Shown: positions 35,104 through 44,507 of the stretch, in pieces
How positions within the stretch are numbered: the first letter of the stretch is position 1
How the letters are laid out: every line of letters begins with the position of its first letter
Origin: Antricoccus suffuscus
GTDB lineage: Bacteria; Actinomycetota; Actinomycetes; Mycobacteriales; Antricoccaceae
Direction: 5' to 3'
Assembly: GCF_003003235.1 (NCBI RefSeq)
Contig: NZ_PVUE01000003.1
Location: forward strand, 181,150 to 245,149
DNA length: 64,000 nt
The notes under the pieces: model-generated
The model's input: the letters and a program-made list of their open reading frames with translations, nothing else
Database searches by the model: none
Told to the model about the DNA's origin: nothing
Program-made: the position numbers and the translations under genes

Positions 35104-36133
35104 CGTCGACCCTCGGATCTACCAGCACGTAGAGGGCGTCGGCGAGCAGCGACCCGATGAGCACCATCAGGCAAGTCAGCACCGTGACGGCGGCGAGGAG
35201 CGGGAAGTCGCCGGACACTGCTGCGTCGACGGTCGCCGCGGCGAGGCCGGGCCAGGCGAATACGGTCTCGACGAGGACGGCGCCCGTTACCAGCTCGGGG
35301 AGTCGTGCGCCAATGACCGTGACGAATGGTAGTAACGCTGCGGGAAGCGCGTGGCGCCACACGGTCGTTCGGTCAGGAAGTCCGCGCGCGCGGGCAGCGG
35401 TCACGTGATCCTCGGTGAGGGCGGTGATCACCGACGTACGAATGTTGAGCAACAGCCACGGAACCTGCGAGAGGCCAAGAACCGTTGCGGGAAGGACGAT
35501 ATGGATGGCGATCGAACCCCACGTCGGGTCCGCTCCACCACGCGACACGCCGGCGACTGGCAGCCATCCCAGGGCAAGCGAGAAGACTGCGACCGCGCCC
35601 AGCGCGATGACAAACGGCGGTATTCCCTGGACAAGGTGTGCCAGTCCGGTCGCGAACCTATCGATCGTAGAACCCGGACGACGGGCCGCGCTGACGCCGA
35701 GCACGAGCGAAATCCCTACGCCGAGGGCGATGCCGACACCAGCGAGCATCAGGGTCCACGGGAGCCGCTCTGAAAGCACCTCGGCTACCGGACGGGACAT
35801 CGACCTCGAGTAGCCCCAGTCCCAGTGCAGTACGACGTCGCGCACCCACCGTCCCCAAATCGCGATCCAGGCGTCGTTGATACCCAGCTCCTCGGCGAGC
35901 GCGGCGCGTTGCTCGATGCTTACCCGCTCGAACTTCGCTCCTAGGTACGCCGCGAGCGGGTTGAACGGCGCGATCGATGCGAGCCAGAAGACGACCATCG
36001 ACACGAAAGCCGTGATCGGAAACGCGACCGCGGCACGCCAGCCTGCGAGCTTGGCAGCCTTCGTCCATCGCGCGCGAGATTGCCAACTTGGCGGTGGTTG
36101 AGACGCCTTTTCGGCGGTAGCGAGATCTGACAC
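35096..36133 (-). CDS. ABC transporter permease (DppB/NikB-like)
   Basis: BPD_transp_1 permease architecture. 8-bp overlap with the next permease. Confidence 0.85.
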   Translation of the reverse strand: MSDLATAEKASQPPPSWQSRARWTKAAKLAGWRAAVAFPITAFVSMVVFWLASIAPFNPLAAYLGAKFERVSIEQRAALAEELGINDAWIAIWGRWVRDVVLHWDWGYSRSMSRPVAEVLSERLPWTLMLAGVGIALGVGISLVLGVSAARRPGSTIDRFATGLAHLVQGIPPFVIALGAVAVFSLALGWLPVAGVSRGGADPTWGSIAIHIVLPATVLGLSQVPWLLLNIRTSVITALTEDHVTAARARGLPDRTTVWRHALPAALLPFVTVIGARLPELVTGAVLVETVFAWPGLAAATVDAAVSGDFPLLAAVTVLTCLMVLIGSLLADALYVLVDPRVDDA

Positions 36134-36136
36134 GGA

Positions 36137-37756
36137 CTACTTCTTCGGGGTCCACTTCTCGATGTTGACCCACGGTCCCCACGCCGTACCATGCTCGTGC
36201 GGTTCGAGAATCGTCTGCGTGCCATTCCACGCTTCAGTCACGGATTTCAACTGAACGTAGGTGTGATCGACAAAGACGAGCACGACCATTGAGGGTTCGG
36301 CGAGGTAGATGTCCTGCACCTTCTCGTAAGCCGCGACCCGGTCCTCTGTAGTCAGCGATGTGCGGCCGAGGTCGAGGGCCGCGTCCATGTCGGGATTGGC
36401 GTACTGGCTTGGATTGTCGTAGTAGGCGCCAGCGGCCGGGTAGGAGGAGTGCAGCATGGAGTACAGCTGCGAGTCGACGTCGTACGGAGTGTCGCCGCCG
36501 CCCAGCATCACCGCGTCCTTGTGGATGCGAGGCTCCAGTACGTCGAAGCCTTGACCCTCGATCGACACGTCGAAGCCGGCCTTGAGTGCCTCGGATGCGA
36601 ACGCGGCGGACAGATCCTTACGCAGTCGGTCTTCGGGCTTGTACATAACCGTGAACGCGGCGCGGACGCCGTTCTTGTGCCGAATTCCATCCGATCCCTC
36701 GATCCAGCCCGCCTCGTCGAGCATCGACTTCGCCTTGTCGAGCTCATACGGGAATACTGCGTCTTCGGAGTAATAGTCGACGTACTGTGGCGGAATGAAC
36801 GTCGAAGCGATGCGGCCGTACCCCATCAGCACGCTGTCGAGCATCGCCTGACGGTCGACGGCGAGGTTGAGCGCCATCCGAACTGCCGGGTCGGAGGTGA
36901 CCGGGTTGTCCAGTGGCAGCGAGATTCCGCGCCAGTCGGCGGATGTCGCGGCAATCACGTCGACTGCGTCGGACTTCTTGAAGTTGGCGGCGAGTCGTGG
37001 TGGCAGAACTGAACCGTCGTACTCACCGGCGGTCATCTGCTGAGCGCGAGTGTTGTCGTCGGCGGCCAGAACGTAGGTGACCTTCTTGACTGCGGGTGCC
37101 CCGTCCCGGAATCTGGCGTTGGCGGCGTAGACCAGTTTGCCGTTGGAGAAGGACTCCACGACGTATGGACCGGTCCCGATCGGCTTCTGGTTGAGCGCTG
37201 ACTCCTCGACCTTCTGTCCGGCAACGATCGCGCTCGCCGGTGCGATCCCGACAAGGAGTTTGGTCGGGAATGCGACGTACGGGATATTGAGGGTGAAGAC
37301 CACAGTGGCCGGGTCGGGCGCCTCGATGCCGGCCAGCATGGAGAGGTCGCCGGCGATCGGCGAGGCCGTCGCCGGGTCGATGATCGCCTTGTACGTCGCG
37401 ACCACATCGTCGGCGGTCAGCGGCGTACCGTCGGAAAACGTGACACCCGAGCGAATTTTGACCGTCCAGGTCTTCGCGTCCTCGGACGGCTCCGGTGGAC
37501 TCGCTGCCAGTTGAGGCACAAGGTCCGGCAGGTCGTTCGGCTTTGCCTTGAGGGTGAGCAGTCCCTCGTTGATCTTGCCCATCCCGTTGCTGTCGGCACC
37601 GGCGATCGGGTTGAGCGTTTCGGGGAGGAGCGCGGTGACCAGTGAGAGGGAAGCAGAACGACCGCCGCCGCCGGTCGTCGGCGCAGAACATGCGGCCGCG
37701 GCGAGCGCGGCACCCGCCGTGCCGATGAGGAAGAGTCGTCTGCTGAATTCGGACAC
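36137..37756 (-). CDS. ABC transporter substrate-binding lipoprotein, family 5 (DppA/OppA/NikA-like)
   Basis: Tat-like RRLFLIGTAGAALAAAAC signal with lipobox Cys, followed by a family-5 SBP domain. GTG start with GAAGG SD. Confidence 0.85.
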   Translation of the reverse strand: MSEFSRRLFLIGTAGAALAAAACSAPTTGGGGRSASLSLVTALLPETLNPIAGADSNGMGKINEGLLTLKAKPNDLPDLVPQLAASPPEPSEDAKTWTVKIRSGVTFSDGTPLTADDVVATYKAIIDPATASPIAGDLSMLAGIEAPDPATVVFTLNIPYVAFPTKLLVGIAPASAIVAGQKVEESALNQKPIGTGPYVVESFSNGKLVYAANARFRDGAPAVKKVTYVLAADDNTRAQQMTAGEYDGSVLPPRLAANFKKSDAVDVIAATSADWRGISLPLDNPVTSDPAVRMALNLAVDRQAMLDSVLMGYGRIASTFIPPQYVDYYSEDAVFPYELDKAKSMLDEAGWIEGSDGIRHKNGVRAAFTVMYKPEDRLRKDLSAAFASEALKAGFDVSIEGQGFDVLEPRIHKDAVMLGGGDTPYDVDSQLYSMLHSSYPAAGAYYDNPSQYANPDMDAALDLGRTSLTTEDRVAAYEKVQDIYLAEPSMVVLVFVDHTYVQLKSVTEAWNGTQTILEPHEHGTAWGPWVNIEKWTPKK

Positions 37757-37802
37757 GGGTAGCCTTCAGGTGGGGAGCGAGTGACGGTTTCCGACACTAC
37801 CT

Positions 37803-37828
37803 CACATGTGTTTAACAAGACACATGTC
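37803..37828. promoter_or_regulatory. Candidate ArsR operator: two CACATGTG boxes forming a perfect inverted repeat ACATGTGT-N8-ACACATGT
   Basis: Read directly: 8-bp arms at 37804-37811 and 37820-37827. Each half contains the self-palindrome CACATGTG. The site lies between the divergent ABC importer operon and the arsR-family gene. Confidence 0.6.
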
Positions 37829-37839
37829 GTGCTGGATCG

Positions 37840-38217
37840 TTGGCTGAACGCGAGGATGACGTGAGTGCGGAAAACGAGAGACCAGGCGACATCGCCGCAG
37901 ATGCAGTGAACAGCAGTAGCGCCGCGATAAGCGAATGGGTTGGCACGTTTGAGCTGTTTGCGGATCCGACGCGAATGAAGATTCTCATCGCCGTACATGC
38001 CGCGCCCGAGGCCTCGGTGTCTGAGATCGCCGCGGCTACAGGGATAACCCCTAACACCGTGACGCAGGCCCTCGCGACGCTACAGGGTGCGCACGTAGTT
38101 TCGTGCCGCAAGGACGGCCGCTACCGCCGCTGGCGGCTCAGTGACGATGCGGCGCATCAGGTGTTGCACCACATGAAAGCGCCACACACGCAGCTGCACC
38201 CCGACCACGACACCTGA
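37840..38217 (+). CDS. ArsR/SmtB-family metalloregulator with His-rich C-terminal tail
   Basis: HTH core (LFADPTRMKILIAVHAAPEASVSEIAAATGITPNTVTQALATLQGAHVV). C-terminal HQVLHHMKAPHTQLHPDHD suggests an alpha5/C-terminal-type metal site. TTG or GTG start. Confidence 0.8.
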   Translation: MAEREDDVSAENERPGDIAADAVNSSSAAISEWVGTFELFADPTRMKILIAVHAAPEASVSEIAAATGITPNTVTQALATLQGAHVVSCRKDGRYRRWRLSDDAAHQVLHHMKAPHTQLHPDHDT

Positions 38218-38340
38218 TGCCCGACCGAGCGTCGTGAATTGAGCACGTCAACCGAAGTTTGTCGATGCGCTGCAGGAAAAATTCGGCATCGACCTCTCCG
38301 CTCTCGATGGGATGGAAGCGTCGATCAAAGAACTCCTGCT

Positions 38341-39519
38341 CTAGACGAGCGACCCGATCGGGAGCTCGTCGCCGAACATGTGCGTCGTAAACAGCTCGGC
38401 ACTCGTGTCCTGATCGAACACGACGTGCCCGCTGCCGGTGTTGATGTCCCTGAGCGCACGCTGCAGTGGGGAGTCGAGGCGATGTGCGCTGGCGCCGCTG
38501 CCGGCGACCAGCTCGGTCACGACGCGGCGGCAGACACCGACGACCCACGCCACCGTCCAACGGATACGCACCCGCTCGGCGAGGTCCGGCGGCGGCGCAC
38601 CATCTCGTACGGCGTCCAGCCGCGCGACGGCATCGTCGAAGGCGAGGGTCGCCGCGTGCAGCTCCGCAGTAGCGTGTGCCAGCCGCAGTCGGGCACCGGG
38701 CACGTCGCGCTGCTTCGTGCCGGGCGAGTAGGTCATTACCCGTTCGCTGAGCCGTGCCCGATATGCCTCGAGCACACCCTCGGCGATCCCGAGCAAGGGT
38801 GCGGCGGCGCCCAACGCGAGCACAGGGACCATCGGCCAGCCATATATGGGATCGCCGTACGGCGCCGCCACGGCCGGTCGTGCCTCGCGGATGGTGCCGA
38901 GCCGGAACGCGCGATCTTCGGGAACAAGGAGTTCCGCGGCACTGACGTCATCACTGCCCGTGGCACGCATGCCGTCGGTGTGCCACGTGTCGTGTACGAC
39001 GACGTCCTCGGTGGGCAACAGGAACAGTCGTACGTCCGGTGGTCCGTGACCATCGGGTGGCGGGATCATTCCGCCGGCCATCACCCACGGACCGTGATGT
39101 ACGCCGGTCGCCCACGACCAGCGGCCGGTGAGTCGGTAGCCGTCGCCGTCAGCGACCGCCTTACCGTTCGGCGCAAAAGGCCCTGAGGCCAAGGGCATCG
39201 GGTCGTTGGCGAACAGCTCCCTGACGGTGGCGTCCGGCCACAGCGACAGAATCCACGCGTGCAGGCCGAAGAAGCTCGTTACCCATCCCGTCGAGCCACA
39301 TCCGCGGGCCAGGATGCGCGCGATCATCGTGTGCGTGCGGTAGTCCAGCTGGTGGCCACCGAGCTCCCTAGGCACAAGCGCGCTCAGCAGCTCGGCTTCG
39401 CGAAGATCTGCGATCGTCTCGTCAGGAAGGGTGCGGCCGCGTTCGGCGTCGTCGGCGCGCTTGGCGATGACCGGGACGAGGGAAGCGGCACGGTCGATCA
39501 GTTCGGCTGATGTCGTCAT
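38341..39519 (-). CDS. Acyl-CoA-dehydrogenase-fold flavin-dependent monooxygenase (DszC/HsaA/SfnB-like)
   Basis: ACAD-like fold without the catalytic Glu context of true ACADs. Similar in size and pattern to group D flavin monooxygenases. ATG 39519. Confidence 0.65.
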   Translation of the reverse strand: MTTSAELIDRAASLVPVIAKRADDAERGRTLPDETIADLREAELLSALVPRELGGHQLDYRTHTMIARILARGCGSTGWVTSFFGLHAWILSLWPDATVRELFANDPMPLASGPFAPNGKAVADGDGYRLTGRWSWATGVHHGPWVMAGGMIPPPDGHGPPDVRLFLLPTEDVVVHDTWHTDGMRATGSDDVSAAELLVPEDRAFRLGTIREARPAVAAPYGDPIYGWPMVPVLALGAAAPLLGIAEGVLEAYRARLSERVMTYSPGTKQRDVPGARLRLAHATAELHAATLAFDDAVARLDAVRDGAPPPDLAERVRIRWTVAWVVGVCRRVVTELVAGSGASAHRLDSPLQRALRDINTGSGHVVFDQDTSAELFTTHMFGDELPIGSLV

Positions 39520-39675
39520 GCAATGCAGTGCATCACGGACACGACTCGTCCCACAATGGGCTAGTCGCCGGGACATTTAACAACGCCGATAATGCTCCCA
39601 GAGCCGACCGTCGCCAGTCTCTCAGGCATATTGGGTTCCGTTCTCGCAATACCCGCCGGGACGTGGGAAACTTGA

Positions 39676-40467
39676 ATGATGCTCGACCGGGAATCCAAGA
39701 CCATGGTCGCTGGATTTAGCCGTCCCGCACCAGATGGCCACGATCGGCCGGCGCCGACGTATCGGGAGCACACCGAGGTGGCCCGACCGGATCTCATTCG
39801 CTGCTGGTGGACGCATAGATTGCCGCCGCATAGCGGTGCCTCTCGGATTCTTCCCGATAACTGTGCGGATCTAATTGTCCGGGACGATGGCGCGGCGTGG
39901 CTCGTAGGGCCGGCTACCGGACCAGACCTTTTCGAGCTCGAGGGCCGCTTCAACTTGCGCGCGATCAGGATCAACCCGGCCGCTCTGGCCACGGTGACCC
40001 GACTCGACGCCGACGAGCTCGTGGATCAGCGGCTGGGCTTCGGCGAGATCTTCACGCCGTCCGTGGCGCGGGCCTTGACTGACGCGGTCTGGGCCGTTGA
40101 CGAGCACACCGTACGCCGGATCTTTGCCGACAGGGAAGCGATCCCGTCGCTAGCCGAGGGATTCCGGATGCTTGAGTGTCATCCGGGTCAGGACATCAAC
40201 CGAATCGCCGAGCGGCTCGGGCACTCGCCGCGCAACTTTCGCCGGCTGATGAAAAGGAACGCCGGTCTCGGGCCAAAGACGATCCAGCGAGTGAGCCGGT
40301 TCAGGTCGTTCCTTGATGCGGCCGAGCGTGCCGGTGACGTGGCATCGCTTGCGGGACTGGCATTCGCGGCCGGGTACGTCGACCAAGCGCACCTCACGCG
40401 CGACTCGACTGCGCTGAGCGGTCTCCCTCCGCGGGCACTACTCGTCGAGCGGTCGTCAGGTCGCTAG
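39676..40467 (+). CDS. AraC-family transcriptional regulator
   Basis: C-terminal AraC-type HTH pair (INRIAERLGHSPRNFRRLMKRNAGLGPKTIQRVSRFRSF ... AGYVDQAHLTRD). Confidence 0.75.
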   Translation: MMLDRESKTMVAGFSRPAPDGHDRPAPTYREHTEVARPDLIRCWWTHRLPPHSGASRILPDNCADLIVRDDGAAWLVGPATGPDLFELEGRFNLRAIRINPAALATVTRLDADELVDQRLGFGEIFTPSVARALTDAVWAVDEHTVRRIFADREAIPSLAEGFRMLECHPGQDINRIAERLGHSPRNFRRLMKRNAGLGPKTIQRVSRFRSFLDAAERAGDVASLAGLAFAAGYVDQAHLTRDSTALSGLPPRALLVERSSGR

Positions 40468-40501
40468 TCGACGACGTCGCGATGATTGGCAGGGCACAGA
40501 C

Positions 40502-40973
40502 TCACAAGTCGCGGGTGAGGGTGGCGCTGAGGTGGTGGGTGAGCGGCAGGCCGACCGCGGCCATGCGCACGTCGTACCGCAACACGTCGCCGTCCAGGAT
40601 GAAGTCGCGCTCGGTGGCGGTGACGTCCTTCGCCGTACTGGTGCCGTGCACGACCGTCGATCGCAGCCACACGCCGGACCCATCAAGCGTCCCTTCGAGT
40701 ATCTCCACGATGCCGAACGGGTGCGCGAGGACAACCTCGACCTGGCCGGCCGAGGGCAGCCGCCAGTAGCCGGTCTCGGCATGCATCGGCAGCCCGTCGG
40801 GATTGCGCGTCTTCTGTGCGTAGGCCAGGAATGGCTTGCCGACGTGGCTGAAGGTCACGGACTCGACGTACTCGAACGGCTCAATCGTCGGATACTCGCC
40901 TTGGCCTGGACCGGACCAAGTGCCAAGAAGGTGCCGAAGCGGTTCAATACCTGGATGCAGCTGCGGAGTCATG
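40502..40973 (-). CDS. Nitrobindin / THAP4-like heme-binding beta-barrel (FABP-like, DUF1794) protein
   Basis: Pattern [21 protein letters not shown] ... typical of the nitrobindin family. ATG 40973. The 57-aa N-terminal extension in the ORF track is non-homologous. Confidence 0.6.
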
Positions 40974-41007
40974 ACTCGACTGTCCCACATCGTCGTAGTA
41001 GCGGAGC

Positions 41008-41532
41008 GTGTTGGAAGATAGAAGCATGCCAGAGCAACAAGTCGTCGTACGCCGTGCACACACGCGAGACGTCCCCACCATCCGTCACATCGTCGAACCA
41101 CTTTCGGATGCGCGTGTACTTGTCGCGAAGGAAGCTGTCGCATATTACGAGAGCTTGCAAGAATTTCGTGTCGCCGAAGTCGACGGCGAGATCGCTGGAT
41201 TCGGTGCGCTGCACGTGATGTGGGAAGACCTCGCCGAAGTGCGCACGCTGGCTGTGTCGAAGGATTTTAAGAGCAAGGGCGTTGGCTCGATCCTTCTGGA
41301 GCACTTACTTGACGACGCTCGAGAAATCGGGGTCGACCGGGTCTTCTGCCTGACGTTCGAGATCGAGTTCTTCACCCGGCACGGATTTATGGAGATCGAA
41401 GGTACGCCGGTCGAGCCGGACGTGTACGTCGAACTGCTGCGCTCGCACGACGACGGTGTCGCGGAGTTCCTGGACCTGGCACGGGTCAAGCCCAATACGC
41501 TCGGCAACTCGCGGATGCTGCGCCTGCTGTAA
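41008..41532 (+). CDS. argA: Short-form amino-acid N-acetyltransferase (GNAT), resembling the mycobacterial single-domain N-acetylglutamate synthase ArgA (Rv2747)
   Basis: Recalled similarity to the Rv2747-type short NAGS along the whole length (VVRRA-T-DVP-I, QEF-VAE, GALHV-W-DL-E-RT-AV, RVF-LTFE-EFF-RHGF-EI-GTPV, VAEFLDL-VKPN-LGNSRML). Divergent from the nitrobindin-like gene with a 34-bp gap. Confidence 0.6.
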   Translation: MLEDRSMPEQQVVVRRAHTRDVPTIRHIVEPLSDARVLVAKEAVAYYESLQEFRVAEVDGEIAGFGALHVMWEDLAEVRTLAVSKDFKSKGVGSILLEHLLDDAREIGVDRVFCLTFEIEFFTRHGFMEIEGTPVEPDVYVELLRSHDDGVAEFLDLARVKPNTLGNSRMLRLL

Positions 41533-41630
41533 CGCCAACTGCCAGACGCTGTTGCGTCAGACAGCTAATATTGGGTGCTCACGGAGGACTCCGGCGGCGG
41601 GGTCCGGATACCCGACGCACTTGGAGAGAC

Positions 41631-42857
41631 ATGTCTGACGGGCTTGGAAAACAGACTGACTTCGCGCTGGTGGGCGGACGGCTGCTCAGCATGGCCGGCG
41701 AGCCGATCGACGACGCCACGGTGATTATCCGCGGCGGCAAGATCCTGGCGGCGGGTCGGCGTACCAAGACGAAAATACCCCGCGGATTGGCAAACGTCGA
41801 TGCGAAAGGGAAGTGGATCCTGCCCGGATTCGTCGAGCCGCACGCGCACCTCGGCGTACACGAAGAGGGCGAGGGCTGGGCCGGCGACGACACCAACGAG
41901 ATGACCGACCCCAACGGCGCGCGGCTAAGAGCGCTCGACGCGATTAACCCCGATGACGAGGGATTGCGCGATGCGCTCAGCGGCGGCATCACCACCGCCG
42001 TCGTCAAACCGGGCTCCGGCAACCCGATCGGCGGCCAGACCGTCGCGATCAAGACATGGGGACGGATCGTCGACGAGATGGTCCTTAAGGAACCGTGCAG
42101 CGTCAAGAGCGCGCTCGGTGAAAACCCCAAGCGCGTGTACGGCGAGAAGAAGGCGCTCCCGTCGACAAGGCTCGGCGTCGCGGCCGTGATCCGGGACGCG
42201 CTTACCGACGCGCGGGAGTACGCCGACGCGCGGATGCGGAAGAACAGCACTGAAAAGTACGACCCGACAAAGGAAACTCTCGCTCGGGTGCTCAGCGGTG
42301 AGCTTCCGTGGTGCCAGCACACGCATCGCGTGGATGACATCGCGACGGCGATCCGGCTTTCGGAGGAGTTTGGCTACCGGTTGGTGATCAACCACGGCAC
42401 GGAGGCGCACCTGATCGCCAGTTTTATTGCCGAAAAGCAGATCCCGGTCGTCATCGGGCCACTCTTTACGTCTCGTTCCAAAGTCGAGGTACGGCGTCGT
42501 TCGTTGAAGAATCCGGGCCACCTGCAGAAGGCGGGTGTGAAGATCGCGCTCACCACGGACCACCCCGTCGTACCGATCGAGTTCCTCGTCTACCAGGCGG
42601 CGCTCGCGGTAAAAGAAGGTCTCGACCGCGATGAAGCGCTTAAAAGCCTCACGATCAATCCGGCCGAGATGCTCGGACTCGACGATCGAGTCGGCTCGCT
42701 AGAACCCGGTAAGGACGCCGACATCGCGCTGTGGTCGGGGGATCCGCTCGACGTGTACTCGCGCTGCGAGAAGGTGTGGATCGACGGCCGTAACGTCTAC
42801 GAGTACGACTACGAGCGGGACCTGCCGGTCACCGCGAAGCAGTTCGAAAACAGCTAA
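41631..42857 (+). CDS. Amidohydrolase-family metal-dependent hydrolase
   Basis: Metal-binding HxH (VEPHAHLGVHEEG), downstream His/Asp ligands, TIM-barrel amidohydrolase layout. ATG 41631 with GGAGAGA SD. Confidence 0.7.
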   Translation: MSDGLGKQTDFALVGGRLLSMAGEPIDDATVIIRGGKILAAGRRTKTKIPRGLANVDAKGKWILPGFVEPHAHLGVHEEGEGWAGDDTNEMTDPNGARLRALDAINPDDEGLRDALSGGITTAVVKPGSGNPIGGQTVAIKTWGRIVDEMVLKEPCSVKSALGENPKRVYGEKKALPSTRLGVAAVIRDALTDAREYADARMRKNSTEKYDPTKETLARVLSGELPWCQHTHRVDDIATAIRLSEEFGYRLVINHGTEAHLIASFIAEKQIPVVIGPLFTSRSKVEVRRRSLKNPGHLQKAGVKIALTTDHPVVPIEFLVYQAALAVKEGLDRDEALKSLTINPAEMLGLDDRVGSLEPGKDADIALWSGDPLDVYSRCEKVWIDGRNVYEYDYERDLPVTAKQFENS

Positions 42858-42873
42858 GTCCCCGGCGACCTGT

Positions 42874-43284
42874 CTACCAACCGGGTTTGCCGGCAAGCAC
42901 ATTCTTGTGTACGACGTGCTCGGTGTAGAAGCTGAGAAGCGGAATCGTGCCGCACAGGATGACGATGATGGTGCGCTTGAAGTCCCAGCGGCGCTTGATC
43001 GACAACATCACGGCGGTAATGATGAAGATTAGGTAAAGGTAACCGTGCGCGACACCGATGACGGTGACCGGCGTCGGGTTGTTCCCGAAGTATTTGAGCG
43101 GCACCGCGACCAGGATGAGCACCGCCAGCGGTACGCCGACGATCCACGCCATGATCCGGTAGTTGCGCAGCGCCGTCGTGACGGCCATCCGGTCGATGAA
43201 GTTGGTCTTGCGCTTCCGGCGGGCGCCGGCGGGCCGCTTCACGTGGGGTTTCGCGGGCGCGTCGGTTTCGTTTATGTCGGTCAC
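42874..43284 (-). CDS. DUF3817-like small membrane protein
   Basis: Basic N-terminus followed by three hydrophobic helices. GTG 43284 with AGGAAG SD. Confidence 0.5.
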   Translation of the reverse strand: MTDINETDAPAKPHVKRPAGARRKRKTNFIDRMAVTTALRNYRIMAWIVGVPLAVLILVAVPLKYFGNNPTPVTVIGVAHGYLYLIFIITAVMLSIKRRWDFKRTIIVILCGTIPLLSFYTEHVVHKNVLAGKPGW

Positions 43285-43291
43285 GGTCGGA

Positions 43292-43699
43292 TCAAACTTC
43301 CTGTTCCTGTGCGGCTTTTTCGTTGAGCGCGCGGAGATGCTCGTTGTATGCCGCAGTCTCCGGGTCTTCGGGGCCAATGTAGTCCGAATAGTGTGGCCGG
43401 GATGTGATGGCCTTCGGACGTACGTCGTGGATCACGCGCCCCGGATCGGGCTCGTCCCACAGCAGGGCGGGCTCGTTGGCGCCTGGTGGATGGAAGTGCA
43501 TCCAGATCGAGCGGCCCCATCCGTACAGCCCCATCAGCGCGAAGATCGGCCACTGGATCGCGTACAGGATGTTTTGCCAGTCACCGGCGCTCGATTCCGC
43601 CTTGTCGAACTGCCATAGGAATGCAAGCACGCAGACCGCCAAGTAAATGACGCATACGGCGTGCCACGTCAGCCACTTGGAGGTCAGGACGCTACGCAT
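43292..43699 (-). CDS. Hypothetical membrane protein (two TM helices plus acidic C-terminal tail)
   Basis: Protein-like composition. 8-bp spacing to the downstream DUF3817 gene suggests an operon. Confidence 0.5.
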   Translation of the reverse strand: MRSVLTSKWLTWHAVCVIYLAVCVLAFLWQFDKAESSAGDWQNILYAIQWPIFALMGLYGWGRSIWMHFHPPGANEPALLWDEPDPGRVIHDVRPKAITSRPHYSDYIGPEDPETAAYNEHLRALNEKAAQEQEV

Positions 43700-43820
43700 C
43701 AGTCAAGGGTACGTCGGCGTGCCGTGAGCGGCCCTCGCGGTGCACGAGATGCTGGCCGCATTCCGCAGGCGACTTGCCGCGGATCGCGGGGCGAGTTGCC
43801 GTGGATGGTGGGGAACGGGT

Positions 43821-44318
43821 TTAGATGTGCGGGTCGGCCGAGTCCTTGAACGCCTGGACGCACTTCAAGTACTCGGCTTCGGCTTCCGCTGCGCCGACCC
43901 AGTCCGAGCCCTGGACGTGCTTGCCGGGCTCGAGATCTTTGTAATGCTCGAAGAAGTGCTTGATCTCATCGAGTTGGAACTGCGAGACGTCGCCGATGTC
44001 CTTGATGCCGTCCCACCGAACGTCACCGGCTGGCACACACAACAACTTGTCGTCGCCGCCTGCTTCGTCGACCATCTTGTACATCGCGATCGGGCGGGCG
44101 GCGACATAACAGCCGGGAAACAGCGGCTCCGGGAGCAAGACCAGCGCGTCGAGTGGATCGCCGTCGTCCGCGAGAGTTCCGGCGATGTAGCCGTAGTCGG
44201 CGGGGTAGGCCATCGAGGTGTAGAGGTAGCGGTCGAGATGCACCCGGCCGGTGCTGTGGTCGACCTCGTATTTGTTGCGGCTTCCCTTGGGAATCTCAAT
44301 GAGTACGTCGAATTCCAC
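43821..44318 (-). CDS. ppa: Inorganic pyrophosphatase
   Basis: Family I PPase motifs ([14 protein letters not shown] ... DGDPLDALV). GTG 44318 with AGGAGA 7 nt upstream. The long N-terminal extension in the ORF track was rejected. Confidence 0.9.
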   Translation of the reverse strand: MEFDVLIEIPKGSRNKYEVDHSTGRVHLDRYLYTSMAYPADYGYIAGTLADDGDPLDALVLLPEPLFPGCYVAARPIAMYKMVDEAGGDDKLLCVPAGDVRWDGIKDIGDVSQFQLDEIKHFFEHYKDLEPGKHVQGSDWVGAAEAEAEYLKCVQAFKDSADPHI

Positions 44319-44507
44319 AGCTATCTCTCCTCGTATGAATGCGCTCGTCGATAAAAGGCACATCGCAAGTGACTTGGGGCCGGGCACACCGAATAGGGCG
44401 CACATCGGGCCCGCTCATTATGCCGTGTCCGGCGTGAGCGGCTGCGGGCCCATCCCGCGCGCCACTACTCTGGTACGTCGAGAGGCCGCACACGACTGAG
44501 GGGCTGG

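Noticed and set aside
42874-43377. Longer 167-aa form of the DUF3817 protein starting at ATG 43377
   Set aside because: The N-terminal 31 aa are highly basic and low complexity, and overlap the upstream gene. GTG 43284 has a good SD (AGGAAG) and gives a typical family length.
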